A DNA stretch of 64,000 nt from an uncultured Acidimicrobiia bacterium. Lineage in GTDB: Bacteria > Actinomycetota > Acidimicrobiia > IMCC26256 > PALSA-555. Below, piece by piece: positions 52,109 to 61,507 of this stretch. The notes under the pieces were generated by a model that saw only the letters and a list, made by a program, of their open reading frames with translations, did no database searches and was not told the DNA's origin. A program made the translations under genes and the position numbers. The stretch covers positions 343,466-407,465 of the forward strand of contig CAVSWW010000011.1 of assembly GCA_963731815.1 (NCBI GenBank), in the 5' to 3' direction. Position 1 is the first letter of the stretch; the number at the start of each line of letters is the position of its first letter.

Positions 52109-52558
52109 TTACGAACGGTCGACGAGATCGCGCTCTTCCAGGTCAGAGAGGACCTGGGCGATCGACGCGCTCGGATCACGGTCGTGTGTCGGCACCCGGA
52201 GGTCGGCTGCATAGGGCTCCTCGAACCCGGCGTCCGCCCGACCCGATCGGGTCTCGCACTGCTCGGCGGGCGCGTCGACGTACACCTCGACGACGGCGTT
52301 CACGGCGGCCCGGAAGCGCTCGCGCTCGTCGCGCCCGGGCACCGGCGCCGACACGAGGACCACCACGCCGCTCTCGACGAGCAGCGAGCAGAGCCAGGTG
52401 AGCGGCTCGATCCCGGGGCCGAGGTGGTGCTCGACCGAGTCACGATCGACGAGCGCGCTCGGCTGGCCACGCGATCGCAGCTCCTGGAGGACTCCGCGCC
52501 CGATCGTCTGCTTCCCCGCTCCGGCCCGACCGGTGAGGAGCACGCACGCTGCTCGCAC
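52109..52558 (-). CDS. adenylyl-sulfate kinase-like P-loop protein
   Basis: GTG 52558 opens VRAACVLLTGRAGAGKQTIGRGVLQEL (P-loop), then ALVDRDSVEHHLG and VVLVSAPVPGRDERERF, ordered as in APS kinase. It is short (149 aa) and divergent. Confidence 0.5.
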   Translation of the reverse strand: MRAACVLLTGRAGAGKQTIGRGVLQELRSRGQPSALVDRDSVEHHLGPGIEPLTWLCSLLVESGVVVLVSAPVPGRDERERFRAAVNAVVEVYVDAPAEQCETRSGRADAGFEEPYAADLRVPTHDRDPSASIAQVLSDLEERDLVDRS

Positions 52559-52617
52559 GGCGTGACCGTAGCGTCGCCCTGTCGGGCAGGGATGCGGGCA
52601 GATGGGATACTGGAGTC

Positions 52618-54159
52618 GTGGATCCGCGCTCGTCACCCGGCTCGCGGACGCCGCAAGGGCTGGCCCATGCGTGCGGCGTGTTCGGCGTGTACACGCCCGG
52701 GGAGCCCGTCGCACAGCTCACCTATCTCGGCCTCTATGCCCTCCAGCACCGCGGGCAGGAGTCGGCCGGGATCGCGGTGAGCGACGGTGAGACGATCACC
52801 GTCGTCAAGGACATGGGGCTCGTCACGCAGGTGTTCGACGAGCGCCGTCTCGCGCCGCTCGAGGGCCACCTCGCGATCGGGCACAACCGCTACTCGACGA
52901 CGGGCTCGAGCACGTGGCGCAACGCGCAGCCGGTGTACCGCTCGGTCGGTGACGCGGGCTTCGCGCTCGGGCACAACGGGAACCTCACCAACACCGCCGA
53001 CCTCGCGGAGAACCTCGGGATGCTGCCCGGGCTCGGCGCGCCGACCACCGACGTCGACTCCACCACCGACTCCGCGCTGATCGCCGAGCTCGTGGCCAAC
53101 GAGTACCCGTCGGAGCCGCGCTCCGACGGTCGCGACCTCGAGGTCGCGCTCGAGCGCGTGCTGCCAAGGCTCAAGGGCGGCTTCTCACTCGTGCTCATGG
53201 ACGACGCGCGCCTCATCGGCGTGCGCGACCGCCACGGGTTCTGGCCCCTGGTGCTCGGACGGCTCGAAGGCGGTTGGGTCTTCGCCAGCGAGACGGCCGC
53301 GCTCGACATCATCGGCGCGCACTTCGTCCGCGAGGTGCTGCCCGGCGAGATGGTCGTGATCGACGCGAACAAGCTGCGCGAGTCGCGCTTCGCCGAACCA
53401 GACCCGAAGCTCTGCCTCTTCGAGTTCGTCTACTTCGCACGGCCCGACACGAACCTGTTCGGGAAGGGCGTGCACGCCGCGCGTCAGCGGATGGGCGAAG
53501 AGCTCGCTCGGCAGGCGCCCGTCAAGGCCGACATGGTCATGCCCATCCCCGAGTCGGGCATCCCCGCGGCGCAGGGGTACGCGCGCGAGTCCGGCATCCC
53601 GTACGGCGACGGTCTCGTGAAGAACCGTTACGTCGGTCGCACGTTCATCCAGCCGAGTCAGAAGGACCGCGTCGGCGGCGTCCGCCTCAAGCTCAACCCG
53701 CTGCCGGAGAACATCCGCGGGAAGCGCCTGATCGTCGTCGACGACTCGATCGTCCGGGGCACCACGACCCGCCAGGTCGTGGCGATGCTGCGGGAGGCGG
53801 GTGCCGCTGAGGTGCACTTCCGGGTCTCGTCGCCGCCGTACCGCTGGCCGTGCCACTACGGGATGGACACCGGGCGGCGCTCCGAGCTGCTCGCCGCCGA
53901 CCTCACCGTCGGCGAGATCGCCGACTACCTCAAGGTCGACTCGCTCGCGTACCTCGAGCTCGACCGCCTCGTCCGGGCCACCGAGACGCCGAAGCAGTCG
54001 TTCTGCGCGGCATGCCTCACGGGCGACTACCCCGTCCCGATCCCCGACCTCGCCGACGCGAAGCTCGTGCTCGAGGAGACGAGCGAGTCGACCAGTGCAC
54101 AGGAGACGACGTCGACCGACATCTCCATCGGCGTCCCTTCCGCCAGCCGACAGCAGTGA
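52618..54159 (+). CDS. purF: amidophosphoribosyltransferase
   Basis: A propeptide is followed by CGVFGVY (Ntn Cys). Other motifs are YALQHRGQESAGI, the PRTase motif LIVVDDSIVRGTT, and C-terminal Fe-S Cys ligands. Intact 513-aa ORF. Confidence 0.95.
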   Translation: MDPRSSPGSRTPQGLAHACGVFGVYTPGEPVAQLTYLGLYALQHRGQESAGIAVSDGETITVVKDMGLVTQVFDERRLAPLEGHLAIGHNRYSTTGSSTWRNAQPVYRSVGDAGFALGHNGNLTNTADLAENLGMLPGLGAPTTDVDSTTDSALIAELVANEYPSEPRSDGRDLEVALERVLPRLKGGFSLVLMDDARLIGVRDRHGFWPLVLGRLEGGWVFASETAALDIIGAHFVREVLPGEMVVIDANKLRESRFAEPDPKLCLFEFVYFARPDTNLFGKGVHAARQRMGEELARQAPVKADMVMPIPESGIPAAQGYARESGIPYGDGLVKNRYVGRTFIQPSQKDRVGGVRLKLNPLPENIRGKRLIVVDDSIVRGTTTRQVVAMLREAGAAEVHFRVSSPPYRWPCHYGMDTGRRSELLAADLTVGEIADYLKVDSLAYLELDRLVRATETPKQSFCAACLTGDYPVPIPDLADAKLVLEETSESTSAQETTSTDISIGVPSASRQQ

Positions 54160-54218
54160 GCCCCCGACGCCGGCGTTCGGCGTCGCGATCGTCCCGATCG
54201 CGGCCGCCCGACGTTCCG

Positions 54219-55279
54219 ATGCCGCCCCCGCGCCCGGGTGACGGCCCCGGTGCGTCCTACGCCGACGCCGGGGTCGACATCGCGGCGGGGGAGAAGGCCG
54301 TCGAGCTCATCAAGGCAGCACGTCCGCTCGACGTTCCGTCCCGAGGTCATCGGCGACATCGGTGGCTTCGGTGGGCTGTTCGCGCTCGGACGGCTGCCCT
54401 ACCGCGACCCGCTCCTCGTCGCGTCGACCGACGGCGTCGGCACCAAGACCTTGGTCGCCGCCGAGCTCCGCCGGTTCGAGACGATCGGGCTCGACGTCGT
54501 CGCGATGTGCGTCGACGACATCGCCACGACCGGCGCCGAACCGCTCTTCTTCCTCGACTACATCTCCGTCGGCAAGCTCGTGCCCGAGCAGATCGACCAG
54601 ATCGTCGAAGGCGTCGCGCACGGCTGCCGGCAGGCGGGGTGCGCTCTGCTCGGCGGGGAGATGTCCGAGCATCCCGGCGTGATGGACGAGGGTGAGTTCG
54701 ACCTCGTCGGGTTCGCGGTCGGCGTGGTCGAAGAGAGCGCCGTGCTGCCGCGCCAGGTGCAACCCGGCGACCGCATCATCGGCCTCGCGAGTCCGGGGCT
54801 GCGCAGCAACGGCTACTCGCTCGCGCGGCACGTCTTCGCGAACGCGGGGCACTCACTCGACGCGCCGGCGTGGCGCGGCGCGCGTCACTCGCTCGGCGCG
54901 GAGCTGCTGCGTCCGAGCGTGATCTACGCGCCGTCCCTCGCGCACCTGCGCCGTCACGCCGACGTCCACGCGTTCTCGCACGTCACGGGTGGCGGCATCG
55001 CCGACAACCTCGCGCGCGGCGCTGCCCGACGACTGCGACGCCGTCGTGCAACGCGGGCGGTGGGAGGAGCCGCGCATCTTCTCGGTGATCCAGCACGAGG
55101 GTCAGGTGCCCGACGACGAGATGGAGCACGTCTTCAACCTCGGGCTCGGGATGCTGGCCGTCGTCGCAGGGGCCGACGCCCGGCCGGCGCTCGACGCCGT
55201 GCGCAGCGCCGGAAACGAAGCGTGGATCGTGGGCGCGGTCGTGGAGGGCCACGGGCGCGCGATCATCGAAAGAGGATGA
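54219..55279 (+). CDS. purM: phosphoribosylformylglycinamidine cyclo-ligase (AIR synthase), two frame breaks
   Basis: ATG 54219 opens MPPPRPGDGPGASYADAGVDIAAGEKAVELIK in frame 3. The body (IGDIGGFGGLF..STDGVGTKT..GGEMSEHPGV) is in ORF 54238..55350. The tail (ALPDDCDAVVQRGRWEEPRIFSVIQ..NLGLGMLAVV) is in ORF 54989..55279. Breaks lie near 54320 and 55020. Confidence 0.9.
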
Positions 55280-55297
55280 ACGAACCGCCAACCCCCC

Positions 55298-55564
55298 GTG
55301 AATCCTCGCAACACCCCTTTGGTACCCTCCGACCACATGCCCCCCACTGACCACGACGACGCGCGCGACGCCGAACGCGCCGACGAGGAGCCCGAAGAGC
55401 TCCTGACGCCGTCCGAGGTCGCCGCGATGTTCCGCGTGAACCCGAAGACGGTGACGCGCTGGCACCGCACCGGAAAGGTGTCGGCGATCCGCACGCTCGG
55501 CGGTCACCGCCGGTTCAAGGCGAGTGAGATCCGCCGTCTCCTCGCGCAGGGCGAAGGCGCGTAG
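55298..55564 (+). CDS. bldC: BldC-like small MerR/excisionase-type DNA-binding protein
   Basis: LLTPSEVAAMFRVNPKTVTRWHRTGKVSAIRTLGGHRRFKASEIRRLL closely matches my memory of Streptomyces BldC. The true start may be the ATG at 55337. Confidence 0.7.
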   Translation: MNPRNTPLVPSDHMPPTDHDDARDAERADEEPEELLTPSEVAAMFRVNPKTVTRWHRTGKVSAIRTLGGHRRFKASEIRRLLAQGEGA

Positions 55565-55573
55565 CGAGAGACT

Positions 55574-55648
55574 TGGTGGCCGGGACCGGCGTCGATCCGG
55601 TGACCTCGCGCTTTTCGGCGCGCGCTCTGCCAACTGAGCTACCCGGCC
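55574..55648 (-). tRNA. tRNA-Phe (anticodon GAA) with a 6-nt anticodon loop as assembled
   Basis: The reverse complement is GGCCGGG TA GCTC AGTTGGCA GAGC G CGCGC CGAAAA GCGCG AGGTC ACCGG ATCGACG CCGGT CCCGGCC A CCA. It is 75 nt where 76 are expected, and U33 is missing from the loop (CGAAAA instead of CTGAAAA). The underlying bases are confirmed by the overlapping ORF-track translation (ERAPKSARS). Confidence 0.85.
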
Positions 55649-55680
55649 GTCGCAGGCGACGACTCGGTCGTCACCTCGAG

Positions 55681-55755
55681 CGGTCCTGACGGGATTTGAA
55701 CCCGCGGCCTCCGCCTTGACAGGGCGGCGTGCACTCCAAACTGCACCACAGGACC
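55681..55755 (-). tRNA. tRNA-Asp (anticodon GTC)
   Basis: The reverse complement is GGTCCTG TG GTGC AGTTTGGAGT GCAC G CCGCC CTGTCAA GGCGG AGGCC GCGGG TTCAAAT CCCGT CAGGACC G. Confidence 0.9.
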
Positions 55756-55848
55756 TTGCACTTCTGGAGACCTCGCAAGCTTCGGTCTCCGTCGTCACCG
55801 GGACGGCAAAGCCGCCCGTCGACTCTTGCTGCTTGCCTTGATGTGTCG

Positions 55849-55921
55849 TGCCCCCAGGGGAATTCGAATCCCCGTTACCGCCTTGAAAGGGCGGCGTCCT
55901 GGGCCGCTGGACGATGGGGGC
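55849..55921 (-). tRNA. tRNA-Glu (anticodon TTC)
   Basis: The reverse complement is GCCCCCATCGTCCAGCGGCCCAGGACGCCGCCCTTTCAAGGCGGTAACGGGGATTCGAATTCCCCTGGGGGCA, with anticodon loop CTTTCAA. Confidence 0.9.
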
Positions 55922-56067
55922 CCGTACTCCCGGGGGAGCGGTCCATCGTAGCAACGGGCTCCAGTCGCAGTCCCTGCGAACCGACACCCCGTGTTCACCC
56001 ACTGACGCTTACGGTGGGAGGCGACCGTCCGCACCGTGACGGTCGCTGGTCACAGCTGGAGGGGCAC

Positions 56068-56523
56068 GTGCACGCAAGGTTCGCGAAGTGGGGGACGGCG
56101 TTGGCACTGAGCGCCGTCATGGTCGTCGGCACCGCCGGTGTCGGCGGTGCGAGCGTCGACGCCAAGGGCACCAAGGCGAAGTTCTGCAAGCAGGCCGCCA
56201 ACGTGGGCGAGGATGCCACGTCCGCGGGCGACGACATCTCCGAGGAGTCCGCGGCGAAGCTCGAGAAGCAGCTCAACAAGCTCTCGAAGCAGGCGCCGTC
56301 CAAGAACCTCCAGAGCGCGACGAAGGAGATGGCGAGCTACTTCGGCAAGATCGCCGATGGTGACATCGACGACATCACGGCGGAGGAGGCGAAGGACTTC
56401 GGCGTCGCCGCCGGCACGTTCGGCATCTACGTGACGACGAAGTGCATCACCGAGGCGATTCCCGACATCACGCTGCCGGACATCACCCTGCCCGACATCT
56501 CGTTGCCCGAGCTGAACACCTGA
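56068..56523 (+). CDS. small secreted protein (hypothetical) with C-terminal PDITL repeats
   Basis: GTG 56068 follows CTGGAGGGG. The signal peptide is WGTALALSAVMVVGTAGVGGASV. The body is Lys/Glu-rich and helical with two Cys, and the tail is PDITLPDITLPDISLPELNT. Confidence 0.6.
   Translation: MHARFAKWGTALALSAVMVVGTAGVGGASVDAKGTKAKFCKQAANVGEDATSAGDDISEESAAKLEKQLNKLSKQAPSKNLQSATKEMASYFGKIADGDIDDITAEEAKDFGVAAGTFGIYVTTKCITEAIPDITLPDITLPDISLPELNT
56461..56505 (+). repeat. 3 x 15-nt in-frame tandem repeat (PDITL units)
   Basis: CCCGACATCACGCTG / CCGGACATCACCCTG / CCCGACATCTCGTTG. Confidence 0.85.
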
Positions 56524-56544
56524 TCCAGACCCGTCGTCGTCCGG

Positions 56545-57267
56545 TCAGGGCGTCGTGTGCTCGATCAGCTCGACACGCTCGCCGCCACTCGACAGGGTCA
56601 CCTCGAGCACCAGGCCGACGTCCTTGGCGTAGCGCTTGTGCTCGACGACGTCCGGCTCGAGCGGGTTGATGTCGTTCGTCTTCACGACGTCGCCGCGGAA
56701 CGTGCCGGCCGGCACCCGTGCCGACGCGTGCACGCTCAGCACCTCGGCCCGGTCCTCGGCGACGCCGCGCAGGTACTCCTGCCGGTACCGGTCGCCGGCG
56801 CGCGGATGCGCGGGCATCACGATCCCGGGCTTCGCGCCGTCGACGCCGGCCTCCCAGGCGCCCTTGGCGTTGACCGCGACGCCGTGCTCGTACTCGTGCG
56901 TGTCCTCGCCGAGGTACCACACGTTCCCGGCCCGGTCCTGGGCGTACCAGTCGTAGGTGTCCTCGATGACCTGTCCTTCGAGCGAGACGGTGTCGTGCAC
57001 GACCACCGCATCGGTGCCCATCACGCGCTTGGTCTCGGGCAGCACCTCGACGACCGTGCGCTCGAGCCCGTCGGCGGTCTGCCCCTCGTAGACCCAGCGC
57101 TCGCCCGGCGCGAGCGGGAAGTACGGGTTGTCGACCGTGCTCGAGAGCTCGCTCGGGCTCGGAACGGGCGGCGTGCGTGCGCTCGCGACGCCCGCCGTCA
57201 GCGCGAACGCGCCGATCGCCGTGAGCGTCGCGGCGGCTGCGCGTCGCAGGTTGCTCTGATGCTGCAT
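56545..57267 (-). CDS. secreted protein of unknown function
   Basis: ATG 57267 follows GAGGAGGA. The signal peptide is AAATLTAIGAFALTAGVASA. The mature part (VDNPYFPLAPGERWVYEG..YDWYAQDRAGNVWYLGEDT) has no family that I recognise. It is in frame with ORF 56545..57525. Confidence 0.65.
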   Translation of the reverse strand: MQHQSNLRRAAAATLTAIGAFALTAGVASARTPPVPSPSELSSTVDNPYFPLAPGERWVYEGQTADGLERTVVEVLPETKRVMGTDAVVVHDTVSLEGQVIEDTYDWYAQDRAGNVWYLGEDTHEYEHGVAVNAKGAWEAGVDGAKPGIVMPAHPRAGDRYRQEYLRGVAEDRAEVLSVHASARVPAGTFRGDVVKTNDINPLEPDVVEHKRYAKDVGLVLEVTLSSGGERVELIEHTTP

Positions 57268-57352
57268 GTCGGTGTCCTCCTCGTGCCGGTGTCGGCTGGC
57301 GCGAGCATGCGGAATCGACGGTGCCGCGGACGTGTGAGCGAGATGTCGGTCC

Positions 57353-58726
57353 TCACACGTCCGGCAGGTCGAGCACGACCGCCGCTCCTCCGCCGTCCCG
57401 GTTCTCGGCGCGTGCGGTGCCGCCGTGGGCGACCGCGACCGATCGCACGATCGCCAGACCGAGGCCGGTACCACCTCCGTCGCACGACCGTGCGTCGTCC
57501 GCTCGCCGGAAGCGCTCGAACGCATGCGGCAGGAAGTCGGGCGGGAAACCGGGACCGTCGTCGAGCACGACGATCTCGACGCCTTCCGCGGTCCTGGTCG
57601 CGCGCACCGACACGGAGGATCCGGGTGGCGCGTGCCGCACGGCGTTGCCGACGAGGTTGTCGAGCGCGCGACCGGTCAGGTCCGCGTCGAGCGGCGCCCG
57701 GAGGCCGGTGTCGGCCTCGGCGCTGACCTGCACGCCGCGGTCCGCCGCAGCTTCGTGGTTTCGGGCGACGGCGGCCTCCAGCACGCCCAGCACGTCGACG
57801 GGCTCCCTCCGTGCGACGTGACCTGCTTCGTCGTCCTGCGCGAGGAAGAGGAGGTCCTCGGTGAGGCGGATCACGCGCTCGGTCTCGACGACCGCGTGGT
57901 CGATCGCGTCGCGCAGCTCGTCGGGTGTGCGGCCGGGGCGGCTCGCGAGCTCGAGCTCGGCCCGCAGCACGGCGAGTGGCGTTCGCAGCTCGTGGCTCGC
58001 GTCGGCAACCAGCGTCTTCTGCTGGACGAGCGCGCCCTGCAGTCGCGCCAGGAGCTCGTTCATCGTCGTGGCGAGCGCCGTCAGCTCGTCGCGGCGTCGC
58101 GGGACGTCGAGTCGGGCACCGGGGTCGTGGGCGGAGATCGCGGCCGCCTTTCGACGCATGTGCTCGACGGGGCGCAGCGCGGCGCCGGCCAGGAACCACG
58201 CGCCGATCCCCACGAGCAGGACCGCCGCGAGTCCGCCGATCAGGAGTGCGCGCTCGACGCGGTCGACCGAGCTCTCGGTTGCCTCGAGCGATGCCCCGAT
58301 GACGGCGACCCGGGTCTGACCGTCGACGCGCACCGGCGCGGCGAGGACACGGAACGGCTCGGACTCGTCGTTCACCGTCATGTCGGCGAACACCCGCTCG
58401 GCCGACGCGCGCCGGGCCTCGTCGCGCGTGATGGCGGCTGCTCTGCCGGCTTCGCGGGTGGAGTCGACGACGGCGCCGTCGGCGTCCAGGACCTGTGCGA
58501 CCACTTCCGACGTCGCGACGACTGCGTTGTTGCGGTCGCGCAGGTCGGTGGCGTCACCGACCCGCTCGATCTGTCGAACGAAGGTGGCGCTCTGGGCGCG
58601 CAGGCCGTCGTCGACCGAGTCGCGCAGCCCGTCTTCGAACGACCGCACGAACAGCACCGCGGTGATCGCGAACACGACTGCAGTCGCGATGGCGGCCGCG
58701 AGCGCGAGGCGTGCCCGGATCGGCAC
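57353..58726 (-). CDS. sensor histidine kinase (two TM, HAMP, HisKA, HATPase)
   Basis: H-box ADASHELRTPLAVLRAELELA, N-box LDNLVGNAVRHAP, G-boxes DDGPGFPP and GGTGLGLAIV. Intact 457-aa ORF. Confidence 0.9.
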   Translation of the reverse strand: MPIRARLALAAAIATAVVFAITAVLFVRSFEDGLRDSVDDGLRAQSATFVRQIERVGDATDLRDRNNAVVATSEVVAQVLDADGAVVDSTREAGRAAAITRDEARRASAERVFADMTVNDESEPFRVLAAPVRVDGQTRVAVIGASLEATESSVDRVERALLIGGLAAVLLVGIGAWFLAGAALRPVEHMRRKAAAISAHDPGARLDVPRRRDELTALATTMNELLARLQGALVQQKTLVADASHELRTPLAVLRAELELASRPGRTPDELRDAIDHAVVETERVIRLTEDLLFLAQDDEAGHVARREPVDVLGVLEAAVARNHEAAADRGVQVSAEADTGLRAPLDADLTGRALDNLVGNAVRHAPPGSSVSVRATRTAEGVEIVVLDDGPGFPPDFLPHAFERFRRADDARSCDGGGTGLGLAIVRSVAVAHGGTARAENRDGGGAAVVLDLPDV

Positions 58727-58729
58727 GCC

Positions 58730-59410
58730 TCAGCCCGCGGTGCTCGAGCGGAGGCGGTACCCGACGCCGCGCACCGTCTCGATGTCGCTGCGACCGAAGG
58801 GCCGGTCGACCTTGCGGCGCAGGTAGGCGATGTACTGGTCGACGACGTTCGACACGCCGTCGTACGCGAAGTCCCAGGCCCGATCGAGGATCTGGGTGCG
58901 GGTGACGACCTCGCCCTCGTGGCGCATGAGCAGCTCGAGCACCGCCATCTCCTTGGGCGACAGCTGGAGCTCCTCGACGCCGCGCCAGGCTCGGTGGGCG
59001 GCGGGGTCGAGACGCAGGTCGCCGACCTCGAGCACGGTGGGACGGGCTGCGCCGCCGCGCCGCACGAGCGCACGGATCCGGGCTGCGAGCTCGACGAAGC
59101 TGAACGGCTTCGTGAGGTAGTCGTCGGCGCCGGCATCGAGCCCGCGCACCCGGTCGTCCACGCCGTCGCGCGCCGTGAGCATCAGCACCGGCGCCCAGCG
59201 CCCGGCCACGCGCACCTGGCGGCACACCTCGAAGCCGTCGAGACCCGGCAGCAGCGCGTCGAGCACGATCGCGTCGTACTCCTGCTCGGTCGCGAGCCAC
59301 AGCCCGTTCGTGCCGTCGACCGCGACGTCGACCGAGTAGCCCTCTTCCCGCAGGCCGCGCTCGAGGAGCGTCGCCATGCGGGCCTCGTCCTCGACGACCA
59401 GGACGCGCAC
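58730..59410 (-). CDS. OmpR/PhoB-family response regulator
   Basis: MRVLVVEDEARMATLL..AIVLDALLPGLDGFEV..LMLTARD..GADDYLTKPF forms the receiver domain, with a winged-helix C-terminus (TVRGVGYRL). It lies 3 nt upstream of the kinase gene. Confidence 0.92.
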   Translation of the reverse strand: MRVLVVEDEARMATLLERGLREEGYSVDVAVDGTNGLWLATEQEYDAIVLDALLPGLDGFEVCRQVRVAGRWAPVLMLTARDGVDDRVRGLDAGADDYLTKPFSFVELAARIRALVRRGGAARPTVLEVGDLRLDPAAHRAWRGVEELQLSPKEMAVLELLMRHEGEVVTRTQILDRAWDFAYDGVSNVVDQYIAYLRRKVDRPFGRSDIETVRGVGYRLRSSTAG

Positions 59411-59455
59411 GACGACGAGCGTACGGCCGCCTTCGTGTGAATCAGATGTGAGCCG

Positions 59456-60172
59456 CTAGTTCGACTCGCAGGCCTTCTGGTAGATGGCTGCGGGCACCTC
59501 GCCGTTGTCGCAGTAGACGCCGCGGTCGACGACCTGCCACGCGCTGCCGTTCCACCGCAAGAGCACGGTGATCTCGACCGCGTTGTCCTGCGTCGTCCCC
59601 ACGGTCGGCGTCGAGACCGCCCAGGTGATCGCGCAGTTGAACTCGTTGAGCTTGAACATCTGCTCGCCGGGGCTCAGCGACGCCTGGACGACCGGACGGA
59701 TCGCCGCCTCGGTGCACGGCGGCGTGCCGCCACCGCCACCGCCACCGCCACCGCCGCCACCCGTCGTCGGCGTGGTCGTCGGCGGGGGTGGGGGAGGTGT
59801 CGCCGGGCAGCGCGGCTGGCCCGACTGCGACGCGCTCGAGAGCGCGGCGCGCGTCTGCGGGCCGACGATCCCGTCGACCGTGAGGCCGGCCACCGACTGG
59901 AAGTGACGGATGCCGGCTTCGGTGTCGGGGCCGAGGGTGCCGTCGAGCGGGCCGGGATCGCAGCCGAGCGCGGTCAGCTCGCGCTGGACCTGGAGGACAT
60001 CGTTGCCGTCGCCGCCGTCTGCGCCGCCGTCGTTGCTCGCGGCCGTCGTGGTCGTGCTGTCGCCGGTGCTGACCGAGTCGTCGTCACCACCACCGCACGC
60101 CGCGCCGAGCAGCGCGACCGCGAGCACGAGTGCTCCCAGCGTGGTGAACCAACGGACCTTGCGCTGCGACAT
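59456..60172 (-). CDS. lipoprotein with peptidoglycan-binding (PG_binding_1-like) domain
   Basis: ATG 60172 opens MSQRKVRWFTTLGALVLAVALLGAACGGG, which carries a lipobox (LLGAAC). VLQVQRELTALGCDPGPLDGTLGPDTEAGIRHFQSVAGLTVDGIVGPQTRAAL is PG-binding-like. It is followed by a PPPPPPTTTPTT-G12 linker and a Cys-containing C-terminal domain. Confidence 0.75.
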   Translation of the reverse strand: MSQRKVRWFTTLGALVLAVALLGAACGGGDDDSVSTGDSTTTTAASNDGGADGGDGNDVLQVQRELTALGCDPGPLDGTLGPDTEAGIRHFQSVAGLTVDGIVGPQTRAALSSASQSGQPRCPATPPPPPPTTTPTTGGGGGGGGGGGGTPPCTEAAIRPVVQASLSPGEQMFKLNEFNCAITWAVSTPTVGTTQDNAVEITVLLRWNGSAWQVVDRGVYCDNGEVPAAIYQKACESN

Positions 60173-60213
60173 CGAACGCACCCCCCTCGGGCTGATGCAG
60201 CACACTACAGAGT

Positions 60214-60286
60214 GGGTCGCTAGCTCAACTGGCAGAGCAACGGGCTTTTAACCCGGAGGTTCGGGGTTCGATCCCCCGGCGGCCCA
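60214..60286 (+). tRNA. tRNA-Lys (anticodon TTT)
   Basis: GGGTCGC TA GCTC AACTGGCA GAGC A ACGGG CTTTTAA CCCGG AGGTT CGGGG TTCGATC CCCCG GCGGCCC A. Confidence 0.9.
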
Positions 60287-60351
60287 CCCCACTGTTCGCT
60301 CGGCTGCACCTCGCTCACGCGCGGAGCTCACCGTTCAGCTGGTTCGGCATC

Positions 60352-61493
60352 TCAGGCGGCGGCGAGCGCGTCGGCGAGGTCCGTCGCCGGACGACCGAGC
60401 GCCTCGGCGACCACCGCGTTCGTCACGTTGCCCGCCACCGTGTTGACGCCCGCGGCCAGCTCCGGATCGACCTCGGTCGCGCCGCTCACGCCCTTGGTCG
60501 CCAGCGCGAGCGCGTACGGCAGCGTGGCGTTGGTGAGCGCGTACGTCGACGTGTGCGGCACCGCCGCCGGGCATGTTGCCGACGCCGTAGTGGAGCACGC
60601 CGTGCAGCTCGTAGACGGGGTCGGCGTGCGTCGTCTCGCGGATCGTCTCGATGCAGCCACCCTGGTCGACGGCGACAGTCGACGATGACCGAGCCGGGCT
60701 TGCATCGACCGCACCATGTCCTCGGTGACGACGATCGGGGCGCGTCCGCCGGGCACGAGCACCGCGCCGACGACGAGGTCGGCCTCGGCGACGGCGCGCG
60801 CGACGGCGCCGCGGTTGCTCGCGAGCGTCACGATGCGCCCCTGGTGGATCTGGTCGACCAAGCGCAGACGGTCGAGGTTCTTGTCGAGCAGCGTGCACCT
60901 CGGCCTCCATGCCCTGCGCGATCCACGCCGAGTTCCACCCGACGTTGCCGGCGCCGAGCACGACGACGCGAGCCGGGCGCACGCCGGGGACGCCCCCGAG
61001 CAGGACGCCGCGGCCCCCGTGCTCGCGCTCGAGGAAGTGCGCGCCGATCTGGGTCGCCATGCGGCCCGCGACCTCGCTCATCGGCGCGAGCAGCGGCAGC
61101 GCGCCGTTCGTCGAGCTGCACCGTCTCGTACGCGACGCCCGGTCACCTTCTGCTCGAGCAGCGCGTCGGCGACCGCGGGGTACGCGGCGAGGTGCAGGTA
61201 GGTGAAGAGGACGAGCCCGGGCCGGAGGTGCCGCGAGCTCCTCGTCCTGCGGCTCCTTCACCTTCAGCACGATGTCGGCGCGCGCCCACACGTCGTCGGC
61301 GCCGTCGACGATCTCGGCGCCGGCGCGGCGGTAGTCGTCGTCGGTGATCGACGAGTCGGCGCCCGCGTCCGTGCTCGACGAGCACGTCGACGCCGTGCGC
61401 GCGCGAGCTCGTGCACGCCGTCGGGAGTGATCGCGACGCGGTGCTCGCCCTCCTTGACCTCGCGGGCACGCCGACCGTGCGCACTGCCGCCAT
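60352..61493 (-). pseudogene. ald: alanine dehydrogenase, about 9-10 frame breaks as assembled
   Basis: Fragments in all three minus frames, in order: MAAVRTVGVP / REVKEGEHRVAITPDGVHELARA / HGVDVLVEHG / AGADSSITDDDYRRAGAEIVDGADDVWARADIVLKVKEPQDEE / LRPGLVLFTYLHLAAYP / LLAPMSEVAGRMATQIGAHFLEREHGGRGVLLGGVPGV.PARVVVLGAGNVG / DQIHQGRIVTLASN / [24 protein letters not shown] / AVPHTSTYALTNATLPYALALA. Confidence 0.8.
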
Positions 61494-61507
61494 CTCGTCG
61501 CCTCTCG

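Noticed and set aside
55574-55921. Integrative element or genomic island at the tRNA-Phe/Asp/Glu cluster.
   Set aside because: There is no integrase, no direct repeat of a tRNA 3-prime end and no compositional shift. The flanking genes (purM, bldC-like, secreted proteins) look like core genes.
56021-56046. GCGACCGTC-N8-GACGGTCGC hairpin as a terminator or riboswitch element upstream of the secreted-protein gene.
   Set aside because: It is an isolated 9-bp hairpin in a leader region, with no U-tract and no recognisable riboswitch consensus. The evidence is insufficient to call.
57425-59440. 671-aa plus-strand ORF.
   Set aside because: It is antisense to the histidine kinase and response regulator genes, so it is a shadow ORF.
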